DNA of 36,311 nucleotides from Planctomycetota bacterium. GTDB lineage: Bacteria; Planctomycetota; UBA1135. The notes under the pieces were generated by a model. That model searched no databases. It was not told where the DNA came from and saw only the letters and a program-made list of their open reading frames with translations. The DNA is taken from NCBI GenBank assembly GCA_045047305.1, contig JASFYO010000045.1, positions 1 to 36,311 on the forward strand, given 5' to 3'. Made by a program: the position numbers and the translations under genes. Within the stretch, counting starts at the first letter, position 1. Each line of letters opens with the position of its first letter. Positions 9,522-19,068 of this stretch are shown piece by piece.

Positions 9522-11101
9522 AAATCCTTCTCGCTGACGCGGTTGCCGATGAGTGCGGCCGTATTTTGGAAGATGCCGGCCTGGAGGTAGATAACCGCCC
9601 GGGCTTACCTATCGATGAAAAGCTAAAGGCCGTGAATGATGCGGTTGGCCTAGTGGTGCGCTCGGCTACCAAGGTCGATGCGCTGATGATGGATGCTGCC
9701 CCCGAGTTAAGGGTCATCGGCCGTGCAGGATCTGGAGTCGACAACATTGACATCGAAGCCGCCACCCAACGCGGAATCTTGGTCATGAATGCTCCGGGTG
9801 AAAACACCTTGTCAGCTGCCGAACATGCGGTTTCCTTGCTATTAAGCTTGTGCCGCAACATCCCAGCCGCCGATGCACGCATGCGTTCTGGCGCCTGGTC
9901 GAAAAAGGGATTGATGGGCGTAGAGCTCGTCGACAAAACCATTGGTGTGATTGGGCTCGGCCGCATCGGTCAAGCCGTAGCGCGACGCATGCAGGGCTGT
10001 GGCATGAAGGTTTTGGGTTACGATCCGTTTCTGCCAAAGGATGTTGCTGAGAGTCTTGGAATTGAATTGTTGGAGCTAGATGAAATCTGGCCGCGCATTG
10101 ATTTCTTGACCTTGCACACTCCCCTAACCGAGCGCACGCATCACCTAGTCAATGCCGACGTTCTCGCCGCCTGCAAACCTGGGCTACGTTTGGTCAACGC
10201 CGCACGTGGTGGTTTGGTCGATGAGGCTGCCATGCTCGCCTCCCTCGATGCCGGCCATCTTGCTGGCGCCGCACTCGATGTTTATGAGCAGGAACCACTC
10301 CCTGCAGACTCTCCGCTACGCAGCCACCCCAAGCTCATCCTGACGCCGCACCTCGGGGCGAGCACCGATGAGGCACAGGAAAAGGTTGCAGTGCGCATTG
10401 CGGAACAGATGTCGGCTTACCTCAAGGATGGTGCCGTGCGCAATGCTGTCAACTCCTTCTCGGTCGATGGACCGACTGCAATCCGCCTTGAACCATGGTT
10501 ACGCCTTGCTACTTCACTCGGCCGTTTGCATGCCAACATGCTAGATGGAGCAGTCTCCAAAATTGAAATTGAGTGTGCCGGCGACCTGCTGGATCTCCCT
10601 GTTGCTGCGATTAAGTCTGCCGTCCTCTATGGTTTTCTCGAGGTTTTGCTTAGCCGCAACATCAACCTAGTCAACGCGGTTTCAGTTGCACACGAAAACG
10701 GCTACAGCATCGCGGAAGTCCAGGGCACCGACACGGTTGGATTCGCTGGTTTACTCAAAGTGAGCCTAAATGTTGACGGCAAGCAAAGTGTGGTTGCTGG
10801 CTCCGTCATCGGCCACGACAAGCCTAAGTTGGTTCAAGTGGACCGCTTCTACCTTGAGACCAAGCTTCATCGCTCCATGCTCTTTGTACGCAATGTCGAT
10901 CAACCAGGACGACTGGCCGCCATCACCGCGACCATTGCAGACCATGGCATCAACCTTGCCAATCTGGCACTTGGTCGCGACGTAGATCTTGACCGCGCAT
11001 TTAATGCCATTCAACTAGACCAGCCCGTAAGTGTGAAACTGCGTCAAGCATTACTCGCCCTAGAGGGTGTCGAGTGGGCATGCACAGTCGATTTCGAGTA
11101 G
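9518..11101 (+). CDS. serA: D-3-phosphoglycerate dehydrogenase (type I, with ASB and ACT domains)
   Basis: VVRSAT, IGRAGSGVDNID, NTLSAAEH, GLGRIG, NAARGG, DVYEQEP, TPHLGAST and a C-terminal ACT domain (DQPG...INLAN). Confidence 0.95.
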   Translation: MKILLADAVADECGRILEDAGLEVDNRPGLPIDEKLKAVNDAVGLVVRSATKVDALMMDAAPELRVIGRAGSGVDNIDIEAATQRGILVMNAPGENTLSAAEHAVSLLLSLCRNIPAADARMRSGAWSKKGLMGVELVDKTIGVIGLGRIGQAVARRMQGCGMKVLGYDPFLPKDVAESLGIELLELDEIWPRIDFLTLHTPLTERTHHLVNADVLAACKPGLRLVNAARGGLVDEAAMLASLDAGHLAGAALDVYEQEPLPADSPLRSHPKLILTPHLGASTDEAQEKVAVRIAEQMSAYLKDGAVRNAVNSFSVDGPTAIRLEPWLRLATSLGRLHANMLDGAVSKIEIECAGDLLDLPVAAIKSAVLYGFLEVLLSRNINLVNAVSVAHENGYSIAEVQGTDTVGFAGLLKVSLNVDGKQSVVAGSVIGHDKPKLVQVDRFYLETKLHRSMLFVRNVDQPGRLAAITATIADHGINLANLALGRDVDLDRAFNAIQLDQPVSVKLRQALLALEGVEWACTVDFE

Positions 11102-11113
11102 TAAGATGGGGCG

Positions 11114-11650
11114 GTGCCTGCGCATCGCCTTCGACCCCGCTTTCAAATTGACCTACCCATGGTGGGGCATGAAGCTTTACAGCTATTGCAAGCTCGATTG
11201 GATGACCCGCAATGCCCTTGCGTCGGCATGGTTGCGGATTTGCAACTGCACTATGACTTGCGCATCCGTCAAACCGAGCGTCACCTTTGGTCGCCTGCAC
11301 TTTCTGGTCATTTCGAGGACAACGACAATGGCGGCACGGTTCTCTTTGGCCTAATCGGCCCGAATCCCAGTGTCTGGACTGCCATTGCATTCAGCTATCT
11401 TGCTTTAGGAACGGGAATTTTATTTTTGCTCACCTTAGGAGGCGTGCAGGTTTTCCTCGGTAAAAACCCCTGGGCATTTGGTGCCAGCCTTGCGCTCTTG
11501 GTTTTGATGCTAGTCGCCTGGGCAATCGCGCAAGCGGGACACAAAATTGCTGCCCCGCAAACCACGATTCTACGGCACTTTCTAGAAGACACTTTTCATC
11601 TCAACACGCGAGAACACCAACGCACCGATGAAGATCCTTATCACGCTTAA
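11114..11650 (+). CDS. Hypothetical membrane protein with two TM helices
   Basis: HLWSPALS...GLIGPNPSVWT followed by two hydrophobic helices. The GTG start has TAAGAT (11102-11107) 6 nt upstream. Confidence 0.75.
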   Translation: MPAHRLRPRFQIDLPMVGHEALQLLQARLDDPQCPCVGMVADLQLHYDLRIRQTERHLWSPALSGHFEDNDNGGTVLFGLIGPNPSVWTAIAFSYLALGTGILFLLTLGGVQVFLGKNPWAFGASLALLVLMLVAWAIAQAGHKIAAPQTTILRHFLEDTFHLNTREHQRTDEDPYHA

Positions 11651-11663
11651 CCGGTGGCACGGC

Positions 11664-13061
11664 TTAGCCTTTCCAATCCCACTTCATCCACAATTTTTTG
11701 TACTCCCTATCGCCGAGCTCCCAGCCATCGGCCCAAGCTTCAAAAATGGAGTACCGCTTGAGCGACTTCTTGTCGAGTTTCAAACTTGCGGCGGAGTCAT
11801 TCCACTCTTCCATCTTGGCTTGCATATTCCACTGAAAACCTTCAATCAAAAAGGAATCTTTCATTAGATTTACTGTGGTAGCGAAGATTTCAGAGGGGGA
11901 TTCTGATTTCCACCAAATGGAATGTATCTTGTCCGCCTTTTTTTGCTGTTTGCTTTTTAACTTGTCGTAGCCCACCTTTTTGTACCAAGCTTCCACGCTA
12001 TCCACGCCGCGGTAGTCCTCACGTACGGCAACGAGCATGCCCAGCGGTTTATCCTCATCCAAGACGATCTTTTTCGGATACGCCTTTCTCAACTCCTTCA
12101 CCACAAGGGATCCTTGGCGCTCAATTGCCGCAGCCAACTTGGATGCATCTTTGCTGATCGAAGCTGCAACATTCTCCAACGGGCGAGGGCCTTCTCCCAA
12201 TAGACGGCGCGTAACCCGTCGACTCAAAGATAGCGCAGGTGAGATTTCATATTGGTAGGAATCTGCTCCCTTGGGCGAAGCTAAGGCATTTGCCAAGCCG
12301 AGGACCTGCTCGGGGTCGGAGCTGCTCATGGCCTCACACCAATCCAAGCCTTCTGTTGCGCGAGTCGGATTTGGCCAATGGTTATAGCCTGGCATACGCA
12401 ACAAGGCCACCAGCTCTAATCCTTGGTCTAGCATGTAATCGCGACTGCCAACCGATTGGCGATAAGGCACAACAGGATCCTTAGTGCCGTGCAAAAACAA
12501 TATCGGCAAGTCTTTCATCTTGCGACCAACCTTGCTCCAAGTCCAAGCGCCGCTTGCATGGGCGACCACACCGCCAAGCATTTCCGGATGCTCCCCAGCA
12601 AAGTGAATGACGAAGAACGACCCTTGGCTGTGACCGTAAAGGAATATCTTGTCCACGGAGAACTGCTCACGCATTTCAACTAAGAAATCATGAAAGCTCT
12701 CGACATCGGCATCCTTGCCCAGGAATAAACGAGAATCATTTTGCCCTGGACTAGTGCCATCGACTGAAATCAAAATGTCGTTGGGGCGGAACGGATTTAG
12801 CTTCCTATGCCGTTCATTGAAGTTGTTGTAATAACCCCAGCGATAGTCCCCTCCTGTGCCATGCAAAAGGACAGTCATGTGCCGCGGGTCGTCTGCGGAA
12901 TAACCTTCGGGCAGTCTCCACATGTAACGCAAGTCACCTTCCGATTTGCTCCAGTAAGCGGTCTCAGTTTTTGCGCTGGGGCTCGGTTCTAAGAAATCGG
13001 GACCGTCATCTGCTTGAGGAACTAATGGCAGAGAAAGTATCAGGGAAGCTAATAAAATCAT
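11664..13061 (-). CDS. Secreted alpha/beta hydrolase (esterase-like) with a helical C-terminal extension
   Basis: Signal peptide, LLHGTG, nucleophile elbow GHSQG, LHGTKDPVV (Asp) and GYNHW (His). Confidence 0.85.
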   Translation of the reverse strand: MILLASLILSLPLVPQADDGPDFLEPSPSAKTETAYWSKSEGDLRYMWRLPEGYSADDPRHMTVLLHGTGGDYRWGYYNNFNERHRKLNPFRPNDILISVDGTSPGQNDSRLFLGKDADVESFHDFLVEMREQFSVDKIFLYGHSQGSFFVIHFAGEHPEMLGGVVAHASGAWTWSKVGRKMKDLPILFLHGTKDPVVPYRQSVGSRDYMLDQGLELVALLRMPGYNHWPNPTRATEGLDWCEAMSSSDPEQVLGLANALASPKGADSYQYEISPALSLSRRVTRRLLGEGPRPLENVAASISKDASKLAAAIERQGSLVVKELRKAYPKKIVLDEDKPLGMLVAVREDYRGVDSVEAWYKKVGYDKLKSKQQKKADKIHSIWWKSESPSEIFATTVNLMKDSFLIEGFQWNMQAKMEEWNDSAASLKLDKKSLKRYSIFEAWADGWELGDREYKKLWMKWDWKG

Positions 13062-13203
13062 TTTCGATGGGTGTAAGGGAAAACTGATTTACCCACTGCA
13101 GGGCATCATCATCATAGACCCCACCAGCGACCTCCAATTACAAGAAATCCCGCGGAAGCTTGCTGCAGAACGGTTCGGAAGGGGCGTTTTCAGCTCGCGC
13201 CGG

Positions 13204-13209
13204 TACAAT
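13204..13209 (+). promoter_or_regulatory. -10 box TACAAT of the hcr-like operon
   Basis: Near-consensus hexamer 9 nt before ATG 13219; no Shine-Dalgarno. Confidence 0.55.
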
Positions 13210-13218
13210 CTGCTCTTC

Positions 13219-13704
13219 ATGCGCGTCTTCCGACTCCAAGTCAACGGCGATACCGTCGAGGTTGCGGCCCCCGAACATTGGACCTTGCTCGAGGTCCTAC
13301 GTTACAAAATGGGCTTGACCGGATCCAAGCAAGGTTGCGATAAAGGCGATTGTGGCGCCTGTACGGTGCTCATGGACGGCGTTCCGACACTAGCCTGTCT
13401 TAGCTTGGCTGCGACTTCCGAAAGCCACGCCATCACCACCATCGAGGGCTTGCTCCCTGCGCATCGCGCCAACGGCGGCGAGGGTGCCGATCCAGTGCAA
13501 GATGCTTTTGACCGCTGCGGTGCTTTGCAATGCGGTTTTTGTCAGCCCGGCATGATCCTTTCTGCAAAGGCTCTGTTGGCGAAGAATCCAGACCCAAGCG
13601 CAAAGGAGATCAAGGATTCCCTGTCCGGTAATTTGTGTCGCTGCACAGGCTACACCCAGATTTACGAAGCCGTGGTGCTCGCTGCAAAGGGAGAACAAGT
13701 CTGA
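13219..13704 (+). CDS. hcrC: 2x[2Fe-2S] small subunit, xanthine oxidase family (4-hydroxybenzoyl-CoA reductase gamma-like)
   Basis: GSKQGCDKGDCGACTV..C and QCGFC...NLCRCTGY; TGATG overlap with the next gene. Confidence 0.8.
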   Translation: MRVFRLQVNGDTVEVAAPEHWTLLEVLRYKMGLTGSKQGCDKGDCGACTVLMDGVPTLACLSLAATSESHAITTIEGLLPAHRANGGEGADPVQDAFDRCGALQCGFCQPGMILSAKALLAKNPDPSAKEIKDSLSGNLCRCTGYTQIYEAVVLAAKGEQV

Positions 13705-16034
13705 TGGCTGCACGTGATTTACATGGCAGTGAGGCTCCTGGTGATCAGGGCTTCCGTGTCGTTGGCAAAGAGAACCGCAAGGTCGATGGCTTGGCCAAAG
13801 CGACCGGCGAAGCCATTTACACCGATGACATCCAACTCCCCGGCATGCTGCACGCCAAAATGCTGCGCAGTCCCCATGCACACGCACGGATTCTGTCGGT
13901 GGACACTTCCAAGGCGGAAGCACTGCCTGGCGTGGTTGGCATTTTGGTCGGTGCCGAGCTGCCGATTAAATATGGAGTGATTCCATGGACTCCCGATGAA
14001 AATGCACTTGCCACGGACAAGGTACGCTTCATCGGCGATGAGGTCGCGGCTGTCGCGGCAGTGGACGAAGACACGGCAAATGAGGCCGTGGAATTGATTG
14101 AGGTGGAATACGAAATCCTCGAGGCGATTCTCGATCCGCAAAAGGCTTTGGTGACCCCAGAACCAGCGATTCATGAGGACCGTAAACGTCGCGATAACAT
14201 TTCCAAGCATGTGGAATTGGAATTCGGCGACGTCGACGCGCAGCTTGCGGATGCCGATTTGGTCATGGAAAACGATTACAGTTTCCACAGCACAACGCAT
14301 GCGCCGATTGAACCGCATTGTGCCGTTGCGCAACCGAATTCCGATGGCCGCATCACCTTGTGGTCCTCCACTCAGATCACCCACTATGTGCATCGTGCAC
14401 TGGCACGCGTTCTAGAACTAAACCCTGCGCGCATTCGCGTAATTCAACCCTGCCTCGGCGGAGGCTTCGGCGGAAAATCAGATCCATTCTCATTAGAGTT
14501 TGTGGTTGCCCAGTTAGCACTGAAAACGGGACGTCCGGTGAAGATGTTGTGGACACGAGAGGAAGTGTTTTACGCTCACCGTGGACGTCACCCGATGCAA
14601 ATGCATTACCGCACCACCGCCAAGAAAGATGGCACGATTACTGGTGTGGACGCCAAGCTACTGATCGACGGCGGCTCCTATTCCAGCTTCGGTTTGGTGA
14701 CCACTTACTACTCCGGGCAGCTACTCACCGGCCCATATGATTTTCCGAACTATCGTTTTGACAGCACGCGCGTCTTCACCAACAAGCCGCCGAATGGTCC
14801 CAAGCGTGGACACGGTTCGGTGCAGCCGCGTTTTGCATTTGAAGTGCAGTTGGATGAAATCGCAACTCATCTTGGCATCGACCCGATTGAGATTCGTCGT
14901 CGTAATTTCATTGGCGCGGACACCAAAACCGTAAATGGGCAGCGGATTAGCTCCAACGGCTTTATGCAGTGCCTCGATGAAGTAGAGGATGCCAGCGACT
15001 GGAAATCTAAGCACGGCAAAATGCCGCATGGCCGGGGCCTTGGAGTTGCCGGCTCGATGTACATCTCTGGCACCAACTACCCTGTGTATCCCAACAAGAT
15101 GCCGCAGGCTGGTGTGCAACTAAAAATCGACCGCAGCGGCTTGGTCACTGTCTTCACCGGTGGCAACGACATCGGACAAGGCTCCAATTCCATGGTGGCT
15201 TATCTGGTTGCCGAAGAGTTGGGAATCCTCCCAACCAGCATTAAAGTTGTTTCTGCCGATACCGATCTTTGCCCGGTCGACCTCGGCGCTTACTCCAGCC
15301 GGGTTACCTTCATGGTGGGCAATGCAGCGATTGATGGTGCGCGAAAGTTGCGCAAGAAAATCGTCGAAGCCGTCGCCAAGCACTGGGAAATCGAGGCGCG
15401 TGATGTTCGCCTCATGGATGGCACCGTTGTGGATTTAAGTGAAGCTGCACGCAGTATGTCGCATGTGGAGGCATTCCACCTCGCGGAAGAAATGTTCGAC
15501 ACCCTCGGCAGCACTGGCGCTTACAACACCCCGGAACTCGGTGGTGATTACCGCGGAGGATCGATTGGCGCCTCCCCTGCCTACTCCTTTACCGCGCACG
15601 CCGCAGAAGTGAAGGTCGATACCGAAACCGGCCGCATTACCGTACTCAACGTTTGGGCTGCACATGATTGTGGTCGCGCGCTGAACCCGACCATCGTGCG
15701 TGGGCAGATTGAAGGCTCCACCTACATGGGTGCTGCGGAAGTGGTGCTAGAAAACCATGACCTCAACCGCTTCGGCTTACACGCCGGACCATCGCTTTTG
15801 GATTACCGCATCCCTACCTCACTTGACGCTCCTGACTTAGAAGCGCGAATTGTAGAGAGCATTGATCCAGAAGGCCCTTATGGTGCGAAAGAAGCTGGCG
15901 AGGGTCCTCTTCACTCCACCATCCCTGCGATTGCCAATGCGGTGTTTGATGCCGTCGGCATTCGTTTGCGCCACCTTCCGTTCACCCCCGCGAAAGTTCT
16001 AAAAGCCTTACGCGAATTGGAGGCACAAAACTAA
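13704..16034 (+). CDS. hcrA: Molybdopterin-binding large subunit, xanthine oxidase family (4-hydroxybenzoyl-CoA reductase alpha-like)
   Basis: LRSPHAHA, GGGFGGK, PKRGHG, DIGQGSN, GAYSSRVTFMVGNA, GQIEG and GAKEAGEG. The RGHG and YSSRVTFMVGNA segments match HcrA as I recall it. Start corrected to ATG 13704. Confidence 0.78.
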   Translation: MAARDLHGSEAPGDQGFRVVGKENRKVDGLAKATGEAIYTDDIQLPGMLHAKMLRSPHAHARILSVDTSKAEALPGVVGILVGAELPIKYGVIPWTPDENALATDKVRFIGDEVAAVAAVDEDTANEAVELIEVEYEILEAILDPQKALVTPEPAIHEDRKRRDNISKHVELEFGDVDAQLADADLVMENDYSFHSTTHAPIEPHCAVAQPNSDGRITLWSSTQITHYVHRALARVLELNPARIRVIQPCLGGGFGGKSDPFSLEFVVAQLALKTGRPVKMLWTREEVFYAHRGRHPMQMHYRTTAKKDGTITGVDAKLLIDGGSYSSFGLVTTYYSGQLLTGPYDFPNYRFDSTRVFTNKPPNGPKRGHGSVQPRFAFEVQLDEIATHLGIDPIEIRRRNFIGADTKTVNGQRISSNGFMQCLDEVEDASDWKSKHGKMPHGRGLGVAGSMYISGTNYPVYPNKMPQAGVQLKIDRSGLVTVFTGGNDIGQGSNSMVAYLVAEELGILPTSIKVVSADTDLCPVDLGAYSSRVTFMVGNAAIDGARKLRKKIVEAVAKHWEIEARDVRLMDGTVVDLSEAARSMSHVEAFHLAEEMFDTLGSTGAYNTPELGGDYRGGSIGASPAYSFTAHAAEVKVDTETGRITVLNVWAAHDCGRALNPTIVRGQIEGSTYMGAAEVVLENHDLNRFGLHAGPSLLDYRIPTSLDAPDLEARIVESIDPEGPYGAKEAGEGPLHSTIPAIANAVFDAVGIRLRHLPFTPAKVLKALRELEAQN

Positions 16035-17056
16035 TGTTGCGCTTGCCAAAATTTAAGGTGCAGAACCCTTCCAGCGTGGAAGAGGCCGTCACCATGATGC
16101 ATGCGATTGAGGGTGAAGCCCGCTTCCTAGCTGGCGGCACCGACCTGAATCCGAACATGAAGCATCGCTTGTTCACTCCGGAGCGAGTGGTCGCTCTAGG
16201 TGGCGTCAAAGAAATGTTCGGCATCGAGACCCTAGAAAATGGTGGCATACGCATTGGTGCTATGACGACCCTGGCCGATGTCGCCGCCCACCCAGACTTA
16301 GGTGCCGCTTTCCCGGCATTGAGCCAAGCTGCAATTCTTGTAAGTGGCCCTCAACTTCGCAACATGGGAACGCTTGGTGGCAACATCATGCTCGACACGC
16401 GTTGCCAATGGTACAACCAAACTTACTTTTGGCGTTCGGCGCTGGGCTTTTGCATGAAAAAGGATGGCACCAAGTGTCACGTGATTGAAGGCGGTTCCAA
16501 ATGCGTTGCCGCTGCCTCCAACGACACCGCTCCGGCACTCATGACCTTAAACGCGGAGCTGGAATTCGCTACGGCTTCCGGACGCGTGCGCATGCCGATT
16601 GCTGACCTATGGCAAGCCGATGGCATTTGGAACAAGAAGGTGCCGCACACTGATCTCTTGGTTGCGATCCATCTTCCGAAACCAAGCGCCGACCAACGTG
16701 GCGCCTATGGAAAGTTACGTGACCGAGGCTCCATCGATTTCCCACTGTTCGGTATCGCTGTACGTTTCGATTGCGGCGCAGATGGCACGATTGAACATGC
16801 TGCACTTTGCGCGGTCGCTCTTCAAGCACGCCCATGGCCGCTGAAGAAAGCGGCAACTCTATTGGTGGGAACCAAGCCCGGCGAGGCCAGCTTCGCCGAT
16901 GCGGTCGACCAAGTTGCTGCCCTGGCCGCGAAGCAGTGCCGGCCGATGCCGAACATTCCTGGCGATCACGAGTACCGCCACGCAATGGTTCCGGTCTACA
17001 CCAAGCGCACCTTGCTAGCTGCCGCCCAGGGTGACGGCCCTGTCCACCACGTTTAG
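16034..17056 (+). CDS. hcrB: FAD-binding subunit with a [4Fe-4S] insertion (4-hydroxybenzoyl-CoA reductase beta-like)
   Basis: AGGTDL and RNMGTLGGN, followed by C-X15-C-X7-C-X8-C (DTRCQWYNQ...GFCMKKDGTKCHVIEGGSKC), then SIDFP. TAATG overlap with the previous gene. Confidence 0.8.
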   Translation: MLRLPKFKVQNPSSVEEAVTMMHAIEGEARFLAGGTDLNPNMKHRLFTPERVVALGGVKEMFGIETLENGGIRIGAMTTLADVAAHPDLGAAFPALSQAAILVSGPQLRNMGTLGGNIMLDTRCQWYNQTYFWRSALGFCMKKDGTKCHVIEGGSKCVAAASNDTAPALMTLNAELEFATASGRVRMPIADLWQADGIWNKKVPHTDLLVAIHLPKPSADQRGAYGKLRDRGSIDFPLFGIAVRFDCGADGTIEHAALCAVALQARPWPLKKAATLLVGTKPGEASFADAVDQVAALAAKQCRPMPNIPGDHEYRHAMVPVYTKRTLLAAAQGDGPVHHV

Positions 17057-17079
17057 GCTGTTGCAACTTAGATTTTTGC

Positions 17080-17108
17080 GCTGATTCTCCCATGAATCAG
17101 CCTTTTTT
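17080..17108 (+). terminator. Intrinsic terminator of the hcr-like operon
   Basis: Perfect 8-bp stem GCTGATTC/GAATCAGC with a 6-nt loop, followed by CTTTTTT. Confidence 0.8.
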
Positions 17109-17184
17109 AACGGTTCTTCCGCTATCCTAGCTGGGTACCAAATCGGTATTCAATTCCCTCACCCTTCCCCACCCAGGACCATTC

Positions 17185-19059
17185 ATGTCTTTGACCATTG
17201 CCATCCTTGCGGCATCTGCACTAGCTGCACCGCAAACCATTACACCCGACCAGCAGCATGAAAAGCTCCAGGAGCTAGAGCTGCATCAACTTATTGAGAA
17301 CGCGCCTGTGGGGGAACGAATTCATGTCGATTTGGTTTTCCGTACCCAGCCAAACTTCGAGGCCTTAAAACTGGAGCTCGGGCCAATGCCGGAAAGTGAT
17401 TTACCTTTCGCATTGCGTGACCGCGCGCTTGAAATCTGCACGCCAGAACAAGCCGCTGCACTTACTCTTTTGCGCAGTTATGAAAAGCAAGGCTTGGCCG
17501 ACCTGATTGCACCGCTGTGGTTGACCAACGTGGTTGGCGTTCGCACCACCGCCGATGTCATCCTCGAGCTCGCTGACCTTGAGGAAATCGCTTACATCCA
17601 TTACGACCCACCGCGCGAAGGAACTTTGCTTTCCACCACAGCTGGTGGAGTACCCACCTGCGACCAATTGACCATCGGCTCTCCTTTCGCGTGGAATCGG
17701 ATGAATGCAACTGGCCAAGGCATGGTGGTAGCGGTGATTGATACCGGCTCGTGTTACACCCACCCCGACATTGCTAATCAGGTCTGGGTGAACCCAGGAG
17801 AAGATCTTGGCGGCGATGGCATCGTTTGGGATCCTGCTGACCAAAACGGTATCGATGACGATGGCAACGGCTACGTCGACGACCTCATCGGATTTTCCTT
17901 TGATTTCACTGCACCTGGCAGCAATGACCCAATGGACCACCAAACGCATGGCACGCACACTTCTGGAACTGTAATTGGTAATGGCGCCAGTGGCATACAA
18001 ACTGGTGTAGCTCCAGGCGCGAAACTCATGCCTATCCGCACCTCCACTCAGATTTCTCAGGAGATCGAAGTTTGGCAAAGCATGCAGTACGCGGCACTCA
18101 TGAACGCCGACGTCATTTCCATGAGTCTCGGGTGGTGGCATTCTTGGAATCCAGACCGCGCACTTTGGCGCACCAACTGCATAAATACTCAAGCGATGGG
18201 CACCATGATGGTGATTGCAGCAGGCAACGAAGGCAACTTTTCCTCGACCGATAATGTGCGCACTCCTGGAGACGTACCCGAGGTGACCACAGTAGGTGCT
18301 ACCGATTGCAACGACAATGCAGCATCCTTCAGCTCGGTTGGCCCTGTCACTTGGACCGGAGTTGCTGGATACAACGACTTCCCATTCCCACCGGGATTGG
18401 TCAAGCCAAACGTCAGTGCTCCGGGTGTAAACACCACCTCCACATTGCCTTGTAACGGCTACCAAAGCCTTTCCGGCACCTCCATGTCCACCCCACACGT
18501 TGCAGGCGTTGCTGCATTGTTGCGTTCCCTGCGCCCAGACTTGAGTATCAATGAAGTACGCGATGCTTTGATGAGCACTGCCGTCGACCTTGGCGCGGTT
18601 GGCATGGACAACCAATACGGTGCAGGCCGTGTTGATGTCCCAGCATTACTTAACGCCTATGCTCCATTACGCGCAGACAACTACAGCATCAGTGCAGCCA
18701 CTGGCGGTGTAGTGACCTTAACTCTGGAAGCGAGTGTGGCGCGTGCAGGCCAAAACTACTGGGTCCTTGCCTCAGGCTCTGGAAACGAACCGGGTATCGT
18801 GTTCGCTGGCGGATCCGTCTTGCCATTGAATCAGGATTCCGTGTACAGCTTGTCCATCGCACGTACCAATACTGCGGAGTTTGCAAACAGCAAAGGCACC
18901 CTGGATAGCGCTGGTATGGCAACTACAACCATTACCATCGCTCCGGCATCCTTGCCAGCGGGCGCTGCAGGCCAGGTGCTTTCCTTCGCCTATGCAACCG
19001 TCTCCGGAGGCGCAATCGTCTACACCTCGAACCCGGTCAATCTAAGCATTCAGCCTTAG
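17185..19059 (+). CDS. Secreted S8 (subtilisin-like) serine peptidase with a C-terminal beta-rich domain
   Basis: Signal peptide and propeptide, catalytic triad motifs VIDTG, HGTH and GTSMSTPHVAG, oxyanion AAGNEG, and an NGIDDDGNGYVDD insert. AGGA Shine-Dalgarno upstream. Confidence 0.93.
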   Translation: MSLTIAILAASALAAPQTITPDQQHEKLQELELHQLIENAPVGERIHVDLVFRTQPNFEALKLELGPMPESDLPFALRDRALEICTPEQAAALTLLRSYEKQGLADLIAPLWLTNVVGVRTTADVILELADLEEIAYIHYDPPREGTLLSTTAGGVPTCDQLTIGSPFAWNRMNATGQGMVVAVIDTGSCYTHPDIANQVWVNPGEDLGGDGIVWDPADQNGIDDDGNGYVDDLIGFSFDFTAPGSNDPMDHQTHGTHTSGTVIGNGASGIQTGVAPGAKLMPIRTSTQISQEIEVWQSMQYAALMNADVISMSLGWWHSWNPDRALWRTNCINTQAMGTMMVIAAGNEGNFSSTDNVRTPGDVPEVTTVGATDCNDNAASFSSVGPVTWTGVAGYNDFPFPPGLVKPNVSAPGVNTTSTLPCNGYQSLSGTSMSTPHVAGVAALLRSLRPDLSINEVRDALMSTAVDLGAVGMDNQYGAGRVDVPALLNAYAPLRADNYSISAATGGVVTLTLEASVARAGQNYWVLASGSGNEPGIVFAGGSVLPLNQDSVYSLSIARTNTAEFANSKGTLDSAGMATTTITIAPASLPAGAAGQVLSFAYATVSGGAIVYTSNPVNLSIQP

Positions 19060-19068
19060 AGCTATCAC

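Noticed and set aside
13104..13115. (CAT)4 microsatellite
   Set aside because: Too short and intergenic; no evidence for phase variation.
17401..18615. 404-aa antisense ORF over the S8 peptidase
   Set aside because: In-register shadow of a well-supported gene with no recognisable motifs. The same applies to 5387-6130, 13719-14393, 27989-28687 and the many short overlapping ORFs.
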